Shown here in pieces: positions 18,224-26,525 of a DNA stretch of 32,000 nucleotides. A program made the translations under genes and the position numbers. Position 1 is the stretch's first letter; each line of letters opens with the position of its first letter. The notes beneath the pieces are model-generated. The model ran no database searches. It was not told the origin of the DNA and saw only the letters and a list, made by a program, of their open reading frames with translations. This stretch comes from Moraxella nasicaprae (GTDB lineage Bacteria; Pseudomonadota; Gammaproteobacteria; Pseudomonadales; Moraxellaceae), in contig NZ_CP089977.1 of NCBI RefSeq assembly GCF_025643275.1, forward strand, positions 1,800,001-1,832,000, in the 5' to 3' direction.

Positions 18224-19534
18224 TTATTTGGTGTCCGCATCGTGCATTTCTTGAAGTAGCGTTTGGTAGGCAAGTTTTAAGGCTTGCTTTTCCTCATCGT
18301 CCAGCTCTTCTTTGGCAAGCCTTTGTTCAAAAATTGCCAGCTCGTCCAATTCTTGCAGACTGGCGTTGAGTTTATTTTTTTGTAAGCTGCCTTGATATAG
18401 GGTCTTATTTTTTAGCGATAAAACAGCCAACTGACTGCCATCAAGTAGGGCGGTCAGCTGACTTCGTAGATTGGCGATGATTTTTTTGCCTGTGTATTCC
18501 ACTTCAAGCCAAACAGATTCGTTTTTGGTTTTAAGGACATCAATTTGTGTGCTGATTTCGTCCCAATCACCCCAAATTTTTGCCAAATTTTGGAAAATTG
18601 GCACAAAGAGCGAATGAATCTGAATGTCTTGATTGTCTTGAAAATCAATCAATAGTACCTGCTTTTCTCGCCCAATTTCGCCAAACCCCATGGCGATGGG
18701 TGAGCCAGAATAGCGAATTTGGGTCTTGCCAGCCACTTGCTGAGCGGCATGAATATGCCCCAAAGCGACATAATCAATTCGCTCATCAAAAATCGCCCCA
18801 CTGATTTGCCCAAGCGTACCAACTTGTAAATCTCGCATGCCATCATCATCTGAGGAGATGCTTGACCCAGCAGCGAATAGATGACCTGTGGCAATGATGG
18901 GAATGTGTCGTTGAGTTGTTTGTTGCAAGGCTTGTTGCTTTTGATGAGCCACCTCAAATAATTGCTGATAATGATTGGCAACGCCTTGCAGTAGTTGGTT
19001 GGTTTTTTGTTGAATGTCTTGGGCTTGACCACTGGTGCGTACATCACGGTCTCGCAGATAGGGCACAGCCATCACGATGGCAAGTGGTGAGCCGTCTGTA
19101 TCTGTCAAGGTCAGCACTTCATCGCCAATATCATCGCTGATGTGCCCAATCACTTGGGTGTTTAGTACACCAAGCACTTCTTTGGTTTTTTGGAGACTGG
19201 TGGGCGAGTCGTGATTGCCAGCAACGATGACGATGTGCTTGATTTGATTGCGATAAGCATGAGCCAGAAATTGATGATACAGTTGCTCGGCACGATTGCT
19301 GGGCGTGCTGGTGTCAAAAATATCGCCAGCAACAATCAAAATATCGACTTGATGAGCGATGAGGCTTTGGTTTAACCAATCCAAAAATTTGGCAAATTCA
19401 TCATAACGAGCTTGACCGTGTAATAATTTACCAAGATGCCAGTCGGCAGTATGCAAAATCCGTAACGCATTTGCTGGCTTGGCGATGGGTGTGCTGGTGT
19501 TTTGGGTGCAAAAATGGGTTTTGATGTTCGACAT
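18224..19534 (-). CDS. sbcD: Nuclease SbcCD subunit D (Mre11-like phosphoesterase)
   Basis: 436 aa. It has the motifs RILHTADWHLGK, GDIFD, GNHD and GHIH. It lies 18 nt upstream of sbcC. Confidence 0.93.
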   Translation of the reverse strand: MSNIKTHFCTQNTSTPIAKPANALRILHTADWHLGKLLHGQARYDEFAKFLDWLNQSLIAHQVDILIVAGDIFDTSTPSNRAEQLYHQFLAHAYRNQIKHIVIVAGNHDSPTSLQKTKEVLGVLNTQVIGHISDDIGDEVLTLTDTDGSPLAIVMAVPYLRDRDVRTSGQAQDIQQKTNQLLQGVANHYQQLFEVAHQKQQALQQTTQRHIPIIATGHLFAAGSSISSDDDGMRDLQVGTLGQISGAIFDERIDYVALGHIHAAQQVAGKTQIRYSGSPIAMGFGEIGREKQVLLIDFQDNQDIQIHSLFVPIFQNLAKIWGDWDEISTQIDVLKTKNESVWLEVEYTGKKIIANLRSQLTALLDGSQLAVLSLKNKTLYQGSLQKNKLNASLQELDELAIFEQRLAKEELDDEEKQALKLAYQTLLQEMHDADTK

Positions 19535-19549
19535 AATCGTTAAGTTAGC

Positions 19550-19580
19550 AAAAAGGCTATCCAGATGAGTATGGATAGCC
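19550..19580 (-). terminator. Intrinsic terminator after the ybeD-like gene
   Basis: GGCTATCCA (19555-19563) pairs with TGGATAGCC (19572-19580) around an 8-nt loop. A T5 follows on the minus strand (complement of 19550-19554). Confidence 0.65.
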
Positions 19581-19587
19581 TTAATAA

Positions 19588-19881
19588 TCAGACAACAGTG
19601 CGGACAGTTTTGGCGGCAGCAAGTGCTGCATAGAGTCGGTTGACTTCTTCGGCACAGCGTAGATGTAGCGTGAGTTTGAGTGCATAAAAACGATTGGTTC
19701 TAGATGCACGCATCTGAATGCTGGCGGCATCAAATTCTGGAAATAACTCTGCCAAAATGAGCGTGACTTCGCTTAGTAGGGTTTCTTTTTCGCCTTCATT
19801 GCCGATGATGCTCATTGGGTAATCCATCGGAAATTGCCATAAGTCTGGATTTTGAATGTCGGTACGAATAGGGGAGTTCAT
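19588..19881 (-). CDS. ybeD: YbeD-like DUF493 family protein
   Basis: 97 aa. The pattern LWQFPMDYPMSIIG...FYALKLTLHLRCAEEVNRLYAALAAAKTVRTVV mirrors E. coli YbeD (FP..F..KV.G ... LY..L...V..VL). Confidence 0.85.
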   Translation of the reverse strand: MNSPIRTDIQNPDLWQFPMDYPMSIIGNEGEKETLLSEVTLILAELFPEFDAASIQMRASRTNRFYALKLTLHLRCAEEVNRLYAALAAAKTVRTVV

Positions 19882-19911
19882 AATTTTTCCAAAGTGCCAA
19901 TGATGTCTTTT

Positions 19912-19940
19912 ATTTGGGGGATTGAGTGCTGTTTTTCAAG
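19912..19940 (-). promoter_or_regulatory. sigma32-like promoter for the ybeD-like gene
   Basis: The minus strand reads CTTGAAA (complement of 19934-19940), a 13-nt spacer, then CCCCCAAAT (complement of 19912-19920). It starts 4 nt after the AAA+ stop and lies about 30 nt upstream of the ybeD ATG. Confidence 0.45.
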
Positions 19941-19943
19941 TCA

Positions 19944-21098
19944 TTAGCCTACAAAACCAAATCCGCCTTTTTGTTCCACCGCTCGTGCTGGAACATTGTC
20001 CAAATTGGTCAGTTCGGCCAAGGTCATTGGCTGGCTGATGGCGTGGGTTTGGTTGATTGATGCCAGATATTGATTGGATTTTTCGATACTCAACTTATCA
20101 AAATGATATTCAGCAATCAAGCGACCATGTCGCAGTAGGGCGTGATCAACATTGGTCAAATCAGCATTAAAAGTACAGATGAATTGACATTCTAGCACAT
20201 CGGATAAGATACCATCGGCAATATTTAAGATGGTTGAGACCACATCTGAGCTATTTCCACCACCAATGCGTTCTCTGATGTAATTTTCACAATCTTCTAA
20301 TACCAGCACCGAATTTTTGTGGTCAATGAGCATGGACATGAATTGAGGTTCTGCTAATGCTCCAATGAGATTGTTTGGCACAAAGATGAAATTTTTGGCA
20401 GGAATTTGGGCGGTCAGCCATTTGATGTAGTTGGTTTTGCCAGAGCCTGCCACGCCATGCAGTAATACCAAGCCTTTGTTGCCATGTGTCAAACCGTGTT
20501 TGATTTTTTGGTGAACGGCAGCAAAATCATCGTTGTACATCGTGGTCAAATCAATCGCCAAAGGCTTGATGTGATGGGATTTGAACACCAAATCTTGACC
20601 TTCTTTGAGCAATAAAGAAATCTTGGCATCTTGTGAGGTGTATTTTTCCAAATAGGCATCAAAGAATCGGCGAATGTTTGCCAGCACCTTTGGCTGATGT
20701 GATTGGTAGGACAAACGAACCACGGATAAATAGCCAGATTCTAAAATGATTTTGTCATAATCTGTGCTTAAATCTTCATCCAATAATAAGAAAAACTCAT
20801 AATCTGGGTGAAAGTAGCATAATTCGCTGGCATAAAAAGTTTGACTGTGCCTGTCAAATTCCACCACTTCAAAATCAGTGCATTGTACAAAATCTTTTAG
20901 GTGTGATTTTTTGATGACGATTTCATCGCCACGAAAATTGATGGAGGCAAGCAACGAGCCTAATAATTCCTCAAAGGGCGAGTTGGTGGATTTTACTTTG
21001 TCGCACAACTCTTGGGTGACAAGATGGCATTGACCATCGATGTAATGTTCACTGATAATACGGCGAGGGCGATAAAATTTGGATTCTAATAATTTCAT
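19944..21098 (-). CDS. Classic-clade (BCS1-like) AAA+ ATPase with an uncharacterised ~195-aa N-terminal domain
   Basis: Walker A is GVAGSGKT (nt 20433-20456) and Walker B is VLVLEDCE. It also has STILNIADGILS, FICTFN (sensor 1) and ALLRHGRL (an Arg-finger-like motif). I prefer the ATG at 21096-21098 (MKLLESKFYRP) over the TTG at 21104. No Shine-Dalgarno sequence is seen. Confidence 0.85.
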   Translation of the reverse strand: MKLLESKFYRPRRIISEHYIDGQCHLVTQELCDKVKSTNSPFEELLGSLLASINFRGDEIVIKKSHLKDFVQCTDFEVVEFDRHSQTFYASELCYFHPDYEFFLLLDEDLSTDYDKIILESGYLSVVRLSYQSHQPKVLANIRRFFDAYLEKYTSQDAKISLLLKEGQDLVFKSHHIKPLAIDLTTMYNDDFAAVHQKIKHGLTHGNKGLVLLHGVAGSGKTNYIKWLTAQIPAKNFIFVPNNLIGALAEPQFMSMLIDHKNSVLVLEDCENYIRERIGGGNSSDVVSTILNIADGILSDVLECQFICTFNADLTNVDHALLRHGRLIAEYHFDKLSIEKSNQYLASINQTHAISQPMTLAELTNLDNVPARAVEQKGGFGFVG

Positions 21099-21143
21099 AA
21101 CCAATTTAGAATATTTAATATTTTTATAAATGAATATAATAGA

Positions 21144-21169
21144 TTAGCCTGTTTGATTGAACAGGCTAA
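21144..21169 (-). terminator. Probable rpoD terminator
   Basis: TTAGCCTGTT (21144-21153) pairs with AACAGGCTAA (21160-21169), giving a 10-bp stem and a 6-nt loop. The tract downstream on the minus strand is T/A-rich, not a clean U-run. Confidence 0.5.
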
Positions 21170-21201
21170 TTTAAAAAAACTACCAGACAGTCGCTGTCCA
21201 A

Positions 21202-23094
21202 TCAATCATTTTCAAGGAATGAACGCAAGTGTTCTGAGCGAGATGGGTGGCGAAGTTTACGCAGTGCCTTAGCTTCAATTTGGCGAATGCGTTCACGGGT
21301 AACATCAAACTGTTTGCCCACTTCTTCAAGCGTATGGTCGCTTGGCATATCGATACCAAAACGCATTTTTAGCACCTTAGCCTCTCTTTCGGTCAGATTG
21401 TCCAGCACTTCACGAGTTGCTTCACGAAGCCCTTCTGCGGTGGCGTTCTCAATCGGACTAGAAATGGTATTGTCCTCAATAAAATCTCCCAAGTGGCTAT
21501 CTTCATCATCGCCAATGGGTGTCTCCATTGAGATGGGTTCTTTGGCGATTTTTAGGACTTTACGCACTTTGGCCTCGTCCATGTCAAGGCGTTCACCCAA
21601 TTCTTCTGGTGTTGGTTCACGCCCCATTTCTTGTAGCAGTTGGCGACTGACACGGTTGATTTTGTTAATCGTTTCAATCATGTGCACAGGGATACGAATG
21701 GTGCGAGCTTGGTCAGCAATCGAGCGGGTGATGGCTTGGCGAATCCACCAAGTGGCATAGGTTGAGAACTTATAACCACGACGATATTCAAACTTATCCA
21801 CCGCTTTCATCAGACCGATGTTGCCCTCTTGAATCAGGTCAAGAAATTGTAAGCCACGATTGGTGTATTTTTTGGCAATACTGATGACCAGACGAAGGTT
21901 TGCTTCGACCATGTCTTTTTTGGCACGGCGAGCTTTTGCTTCCCCGATTGCCATTTGGCGAGCGACTGCTTTCATGTCCTTGATGTCCATTTGCAAATTT
22001 TGCTCATGGCTGAGGATTTTTTCTTGCAGGACAATCACCTCTGGCATGACTTTGGCAAGTGTTTCAGCAAAGGCAGGCTGACCCTCGATGCGGTGCGATA
22101 GCCATTCGGTGTTGGTTTCGTTGCTTGGGAAGGTTTTTTTGAATTCTTCTCTTGGCATACGACCACGACGAATCACCAAACGCATGATTTGGCGTTCGGT
22201 ATTGCGTACATCTTCATAGACTTCACGCATCAAGTTCATCACTTGGTCAGACAGGCGGTTATTGAGTTTGATGAGCATGAAGTGATTGGCAAGCTCATCA
22301 TAGGCAATCTTGGCTTTTTTGCTATTGCGACCGTGTTTTTGTAGAGCAAGCTGAGCTTTGTCGTACAAAACCTGCATTTCTTCGAAACGAACACGAACCT
22401 CTTCTGGGTCTAGGTTTGAGTCATCGCTATCGCTGTCCATTGGCTCATCGCCAACATCATCATCGTCCAAATCATCGTCCAAATCGTCAGAGATGCTGCT
22501 TGTGCTATTCTCTTTTAGGTCAAGCTCAGTCTCTTCGTGTGGGTTAAAATCGCCATCATCATTGCTTAAAAAGCCTGAAACCACATCAGAGATTTTTTTC
22601 TCGCCCGTCAAGACTTGGGCGTATTCATCTAAGACAAATTTGACCGTACCAGGCCAGTACGCCATGATGTACTGCACTTCACGAGTGCCTTCTTCGATGC
22701 GTTTGGCAATGGCAATCTCGCCATCACGAGACAGCAAATCCACCGTACCCATTTCACGCATGTACATACGCACAGGGTCGGTGGTGCGTCCTGGTTCGGT
22801 CTCAACCGATGCCAGTACAGCAGCCGCTTCGTCAGCCGCCATCTCGTCATCACTACCTGCATCTGTCAAAATCATGTCATCATCATCAGGGGCGACTTCA
22901 AATACAGGAATGCCCACATCGGTCAGCATCTGCACAATGTCTTCAATTTGGTCGCTTTCGGTGACAGAATCTGGCAGTTGGTCATTGACCTCCGCATAAG
23001 TCAGATAGCCTTGCTCTTTACCCAAACGGATAAGCTCAGCCAGTTGAGATGAAGATTCGTGGTTGTCTTCGCCATTGAAATGATGATTGGTCAT
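21202..23094 (-). CDS. rpoD: RNA polymerase primary sigma factor sigma70
   Basis: 630 aa. It has an acidic non-conserved region, region 2 ([32 protein letters not shown]) and region 4 ([30 protein letters not shown]). Confidence 0.97.
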   Translation of the reverse strand: MTNHHFNGEDNHESSSQLAELIRLGKEQGYLTYAEVNDQLPDSVTESDQIEDIVQMLTDVGIPVFEVAPDDDDMILTDAGSDDEMAADEAAAVLASVETEPGRTTDPVRMYMREMGTVDLLSRDGEIAIAKRIEEGTREVQYIMAYWPGTVKFVLDEYAQVLTGEKKISDVVSGFLSNDDGDFNPHEETELDLKENSTSSISDDLDDDLDDDDVGDEPMDSDSDDSNLDPEEVRVRFEEMQVLYDKAQLALQKHGRNSKKAKIAYDELANHFMLIKLNNRLSDQVMNLMREVYEDVRNTERQIMRLVIRRGRMPREEFKKTFPSNETNTEWLSHRIEGQPAFAETLAKVMPEVIVLQEKILSHEQNLQMDIKDMKAVARQMAIGEAKARRAKKDMVEANLRLVISIAKKYTNRGLQFLDLIQEGNIGLMKAVDKFEYRRGYKFSTYATWWIRQAITRSIADQARTIRIPVHMIETINKINRVSRQLLQEMGREPTPEELGERLDMDEAKVRKVLKIAKEPISMETPIGDDEDSHLGDFIEDNTISSPIENATAEGLREATREVLDNLTEREAKVLKMRFGIDMPSDHTLEEVGKQFDVTRERIRQIEAKALRKLRHPSRSEHLRSFLEND

Positions 23095-23132
23095 AATAAT
23101 GCTCTTATTAGTGCAATTTGCATAAACCCTAA

Positions 23133-23161
23133 ATTATAATCAGTTTTGCCTGATTTTTCAA
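23133..23161 (-). promoter_or_regulatory. sigma70 promoter of rpoD
   Basis: The minus strand reads TTGAAA (complement of 23156-23161), an exactly 17-nt spacer, then TATAAT (complement of 23133-23138). It lies about 40 nt upstream of the ATG. Confidence 0.6.
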
Positions 23162-23165
23162 TAGA

Positions 23166-23194
23166 AAATGGGGTGTGTATCGTTAATTTTCAAG
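23166..23194 (-). promoter_or_regulatory. sigma32 heat-shock promoter of rpoD
   Basis: The minus strand reads CTTGAAA (complement of 23188-23194), a 14-nt spacer, then CCCCATTT (complement of 23166-23173). This is a near-perfect match to the sigma32 consensus. E. coli rpoD is known to have a heat-shock promoter. Confidence 0.6.
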
Positions 23195-23687
23195 CCCATT
23201 GATGGCGATAAAAATCGTAAAAATTCATCATCTTCATATCAATGTTGATGTGTGTTTTGGGGTGTGTGATTTTTGTTTTGGCAAGCATAAGTTTTGTATT
23301 GAAGTTTAATAAAACATTTAAAGACACAGCATCAGATGGTGGCAGGGTTAAGCAACTTGCCAGTAGCTTATCGACCAAATCATGAGCGTGGCAAATGCCC
23401 ATGGTTGGCTGTGTGCATCTTGATATGGATTTTGTGTTGGCTTGATGATAATTTTCGCTGATTTTTTGGCAAAATGTGCTAGAATAAGCGGTATTTTTTA
23501 CACAAAATTTCCCAGTAAAACCTAAAATCAAATTCAGTCAGTCTGTTAGCCAGTCTGATTAAGTTGTCAGATTTGGTTACCAAACCTAGTGATTACTTGC
23601 TTTATTCTGGTTTGAAGTAGGTGATGTATTGGTTTATTTGGTTTATTTTTTGGGAAGTCTATTAGATGAAGATTAAGTATTTTTAAC

Positions 23688-25571
23688 ATGATGAATTATC
23701 CAAAATCCTATGATGTCATCGTAATCGGTGGCGGACACGCAGGCACAGAAGCAGCTTTGGCGGCTGCCAGAATGGGCGTCAAAACCATGCTCATCACGCA
23801 TAATATTGAGACTTTGGGGCAGATGAGCTGTAACCCTGCCATCGGTGGTATTGGCAAATCACATCTGGTGCGTGAGGTTGATGCGTTGGGTGGGGCAATG
23901 GCGTTGGCAACCGACAAAGCAGGCATTCAGTTTCGTGTACTAAACAGTCGAAAAGGGGCGGCTGTGCGAGCCACTCGTGCCCAAGCGGATCGAATTTTGT
24001 ATAAAGCTGCCATTCGTCATGCTCTTGAAAATCAGGAAAATTTGGATTTATTCCAGCAGCCTGTGGACGACATCATCATCGAAAATGGTAAAGTGGTGGC
24101 GGTCGTGACGGCAAGCGGAGTGCGTATCAACACCAAGACAGCCGTTCTAACTTCTGGGACTTTTTTGGGTGGGGTCATTCATATTGGGCTGCAACACCAG
24201 TCAGGCGGGCGAGCAGGTGATATGCCATCGATTCGTCTTGCTGACCGTCTGCGTGAATTAAATTTACCTGTTGGGCGACTTAAAACAGGCACGCCAGCTC
24301 GTATTGATGCTCGTACGGTGGATTTCTCCGTGATGACCGTACAGGAGGGCGATACGCCACTGCCTGTGATGAGCTACATGGGCGATGTGTCGATGCATCC
24401 ACGCCAGATTCCATGTTTCATCACGCACACCAACGAACGCACGCACGACATCATTCGTGCCAATCTAGACCGCTCGCCAATGTTTAGTGGCAAAATTGAA
24501 GGGGTGGGGCCTCGTTATTGTCCGTCTATTGAGGATAAGATTCATCGCTTTGCTGACAAGGATAGCCATCAGATTTTTATTGAGCCAGAGGGTTTGACCA
24601 CGCACGAGCTGTATCCGAATGGCATTTCTACAAGTTTGCCTTTTGATGTGCAGATTGAATTTATTCACTCCATGCGTGGACTTGAAAATGCTCACATCAC
24701 ACGACCCGGCTACGCCATCGAATATGATTATTTTGACCCGCAAAATTTGAAACCAACTCTTGAAACCAAGTCCATTGACCAGTTGTATTTTGCAGGACAA
24801 ATCAACGGAACAACAGGCTATGAAGAGGCGGCGGCACAGGGCTTATTGGCTGGTGTGAATGCTGCTTTATTCGCCCAAAATAGACAGCCGTGGACACCCA
24901 AACGCCACGAGGCATATCTGGGGGTGCTGGTGGACGACCTCATCACACATGGCACCAAAGAGCCGTACCGTATGTTCACCAGTCGTGCCGAACATCGTCT
25001 GCTACTTCGTGAGGATAATGCCGATGAACGCTTGACCGCCATTGGGCGAGAGCTTGGGCTGATTGATGATGCACGCTGGGCAAAATTTAATCAAAAACAA
25101 GAACAGATTGCCAGTGAAACCGCTCGCTTGTCAGACATTTGGGCAACGCCAAATAATGCTCTTGGCAAGGCATTCATGGCAAATACAGGCGAGATTTTGA
25201 CCAAAGAAAATACATTGCTTGACCTACTAAAACGCCCAAACATCAACTTTGCTGACATTGCCAAAGTGGCGGACAGTAGTGTGTCTGACGAAGTGGGCGA
25301 GCAGATTGAAATTGCGGTCAAGTATCAAGGCTATATCGACCGTCAAAATGACGAGATTGAGCAGATGAAACGCCTTGAAAATACGCCACTACCGATGGAT
25401 TTTGATTATGCCAGCGTCTCAGGATTGTCCAATGAGATTGTTCAAAAACTCTCACAGGTCAGACCAGCGACACTTGCCCAAGCAGGTCGTATCAGTGGTG
25501 TGACTCCTGCGGCAATCAGCTTGCTTGCGATGACTCTCAAAAAGCAAAAGAAAATCGCAAAAGTCACTTAG
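23688..25571 (+). CDS. mnmG: tRNA uridine 5-carboxymethylaminomethyl modification enzyme MnmG (GidA)
   Basis: 627 aa. It has the motifs [32 protein letters not shown] and [20 protein letters not shown]. Confidence 0.97.
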   Translation: MMNYPKSYDVIVIGGGHAGTEAALAAARMGVKTMLITHNIETLGQMSCNPAIGGIGKSHLVREVDALGGAMALATDKAGIQFRVLNSRKGAAVRATRAQADRILYKAAIRHALENQENLDLFQQPVDDIIIENGKVVAVVTASGVRINTKTAVLTSGTFLGGVIHIGLQHQSGGRAGDMPSIRLADRLRELNLPVGRLKTGTPARIDARTVDFSVMTVQEGDTPLPVMSYMGDVSMHPRQIPCFITHTNERTHDIIRANLDRSPMFSGKIEGVGPRYCPSIEDKIHRFADKDSHQIFIEPEGLTTHELYPNGISTSLPFDVQIEFIHSMRGLENAHITRPGYAIEYDYFDPQNLKPTLETKSIDQLYFAGQINGTTGYEEAAAQGLLAGVNAALFAQNRQPWTPKRHEAYLGVLVDDLITHGTKEPYRMFTSRAEHRLLLREDNADERLTAIGRELGLIDDARWAKFNQKQEQIASETARLSDIWATPNNALGKAFMANTGEILTKENTLLDLLKRPNINFADIAKVADSSVSDEVGEQIEIAVKYQGYIDRQNDEIEQMKRLENTPLPMDFDYASVSGLSNEIVQKLSQVRPATLAQAGRISGVTPAAISLLAMTLKKQKKIAKVT

Positions 25572-25602
25572 ATTTTCTACCAAAGCTAACAACAAAGAAA
25601 AC

Positions 25603-25645
25603 CTTGTGTGACAAGCTGCCAGTCACACAGGTGCTGTTTTTCTTC
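25603..25645 (+). terminator. Intrinsic terminator of mnmG
   Basis: TGTGTGAC (25605-25612) pairs with GTCACACA (25622-25629) around a 9-nt loop. GCTGTTTTTCTTC follows. Confidence 0.6.
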
Positions 25646-25741
25646 GATGGGTCTGACATCAAGATTATCTGTTTGCTAAGAGGTGGTATCGTAACGGGTT
25701 GATTTAAAATTGGCTTGTTTGCTAATGAGTTGGAGGGCGAT

Positions 25742-26335
25742 GTGCAAAAAACACTCTATTTTGTTCGTCATTGTGAACCAAATTATGACAACCATAATGA
25801 CAAAGAGCGAGAATTAACTGCCAAAGGGCAAGCCGATACAAGGCTTATCAATGATTTTTTTACAGAAATTAATATTGATGGTATTTATGCCAGCACCTTT
25901 AAACGAGCTTATGATACGGTTTATCCCTTAGCACAAGATAAAGGCTTGTCTGTTATTCAAATGGCAGAGTTTTGTGAAAGAAAAATAGACGATGGCTGGA
26001 TTGAGGATTTTGATATTTTTTGTCAAAGACAATGGCAGGATTTTGATTATCGCCTAAATAATGGCGAAAGTTTAAGGCAAGTTCAAAACCGTTATCTTAA
26101 AGCGGTTCATTGTTTATTAAATAATGACAAAAAGACATTGGTAATTGGGTCGCACGGCACGGCATTATCGGTATTGATTGCTTATTATCAAAAACAGTTT
26201 GGCTATGATAATTTTTGTCAAATTAAATCGCTTTTTCCCTTTATTGTACAATTTGACTTTGATGGATTAAAATGCCAACGCATTGTGTTTTATGATATCA
26301 TAAGCAATAATCAGTATGTTTTAAAATCATCATGA
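25742..26335 (+). CDS. Histidine phosphatase superfamily protein (phosphoglycerate-mutase-like branch), variant RHC motif
   Basis: It has LYFVRHCEPNYDN (the RHG-type motif with Cys in place of Gly) and a downstream GSHGTAL motif. I prefer the GTG at 25742, preceded by GGAGGG, over the TTG at 25715. Either start gives the same protein core. Confidence 0.8.
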   Translation: MQKTLYFVRHCEPNYDNHNDKERELTAKGQADTRLINDFFTEINIDGIYASTFKRAYDTVYPLAQDKGLSVIQMAEFCERKIDDGWIEDFDIFCQRQWQDFDYRLNNGESLRQVQNRYLKAVHCLLNNDKKTLVIGSHGTALSVLIAYYQKQFGYDNFCQIKSLFPFIVQFDFDGLKCQRIVFYDIISNNQYVLKSS

Positions 26336-26525
26336 TAAAGGTTGGGTAAGTATTTTGGCACGACCGCCATGACAAGGCTTACTGTCAGCAAATCGCCATC
26401 AATCATCTTGGGTGTGTGTTTTTGTTGATGAAGGTTGATATGAAACTTTGCCAATAGCAATGATGTTTTGTTTGCTTGCACCTAATCTTAAACACCCAAA
26501 TACAAGACAGATAACTAAATCAATT

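Noticed and set aside
14300-19534. SbcCD pair as a novel SMC/nuclease defence module
   Set aside because: The head-domain motifs closely resemble E. coli SbcC/SbcD as I remember them, and the pair is in the standard sbcD-sbcC order. It is a housekeeping orthologue.
21287-22999. Long + strand ORFs (21287..21760, 157 aa; 21860..22081; 22358..22999, 213 aa) inside rpoD
   Set aside because: They are antisense shadow ORFs of a highly constrained gene. Their translations are Ser/low-complexity rich with no motifs, and rpoD on the minus strand fully explains the region.
23190-23531. 113-aa minus-strand ORF in the rpoD-mnmG intergenic region
   Set aside because: It has a TTG start and no RBS. Its 3-prime end overlaps the rpoD sigma32 promoter, and its composition does not look protein-like. 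I treat the region as non-coding but flag it in the findings.
23095-23700. Possible oriC next to mnmG (gidA)
   Set aside because: I found no cluster of DnaA boxes. There are only scattered single near-matches, such as TTATCCAAA at the mnmG start, and TTATCCACA at 30542-30550 inside the cyclo-ligase gene. There is no AT-rich 13-mer array either.
3950-25571. Co-occurrence of three tRNA wobble-modification genes (queC, mnmC, mnmG) in one window
   Set aside because: They are separated by many unrelated genes, lie on different strands and are in separate transcription units. This is most likely coincidence.
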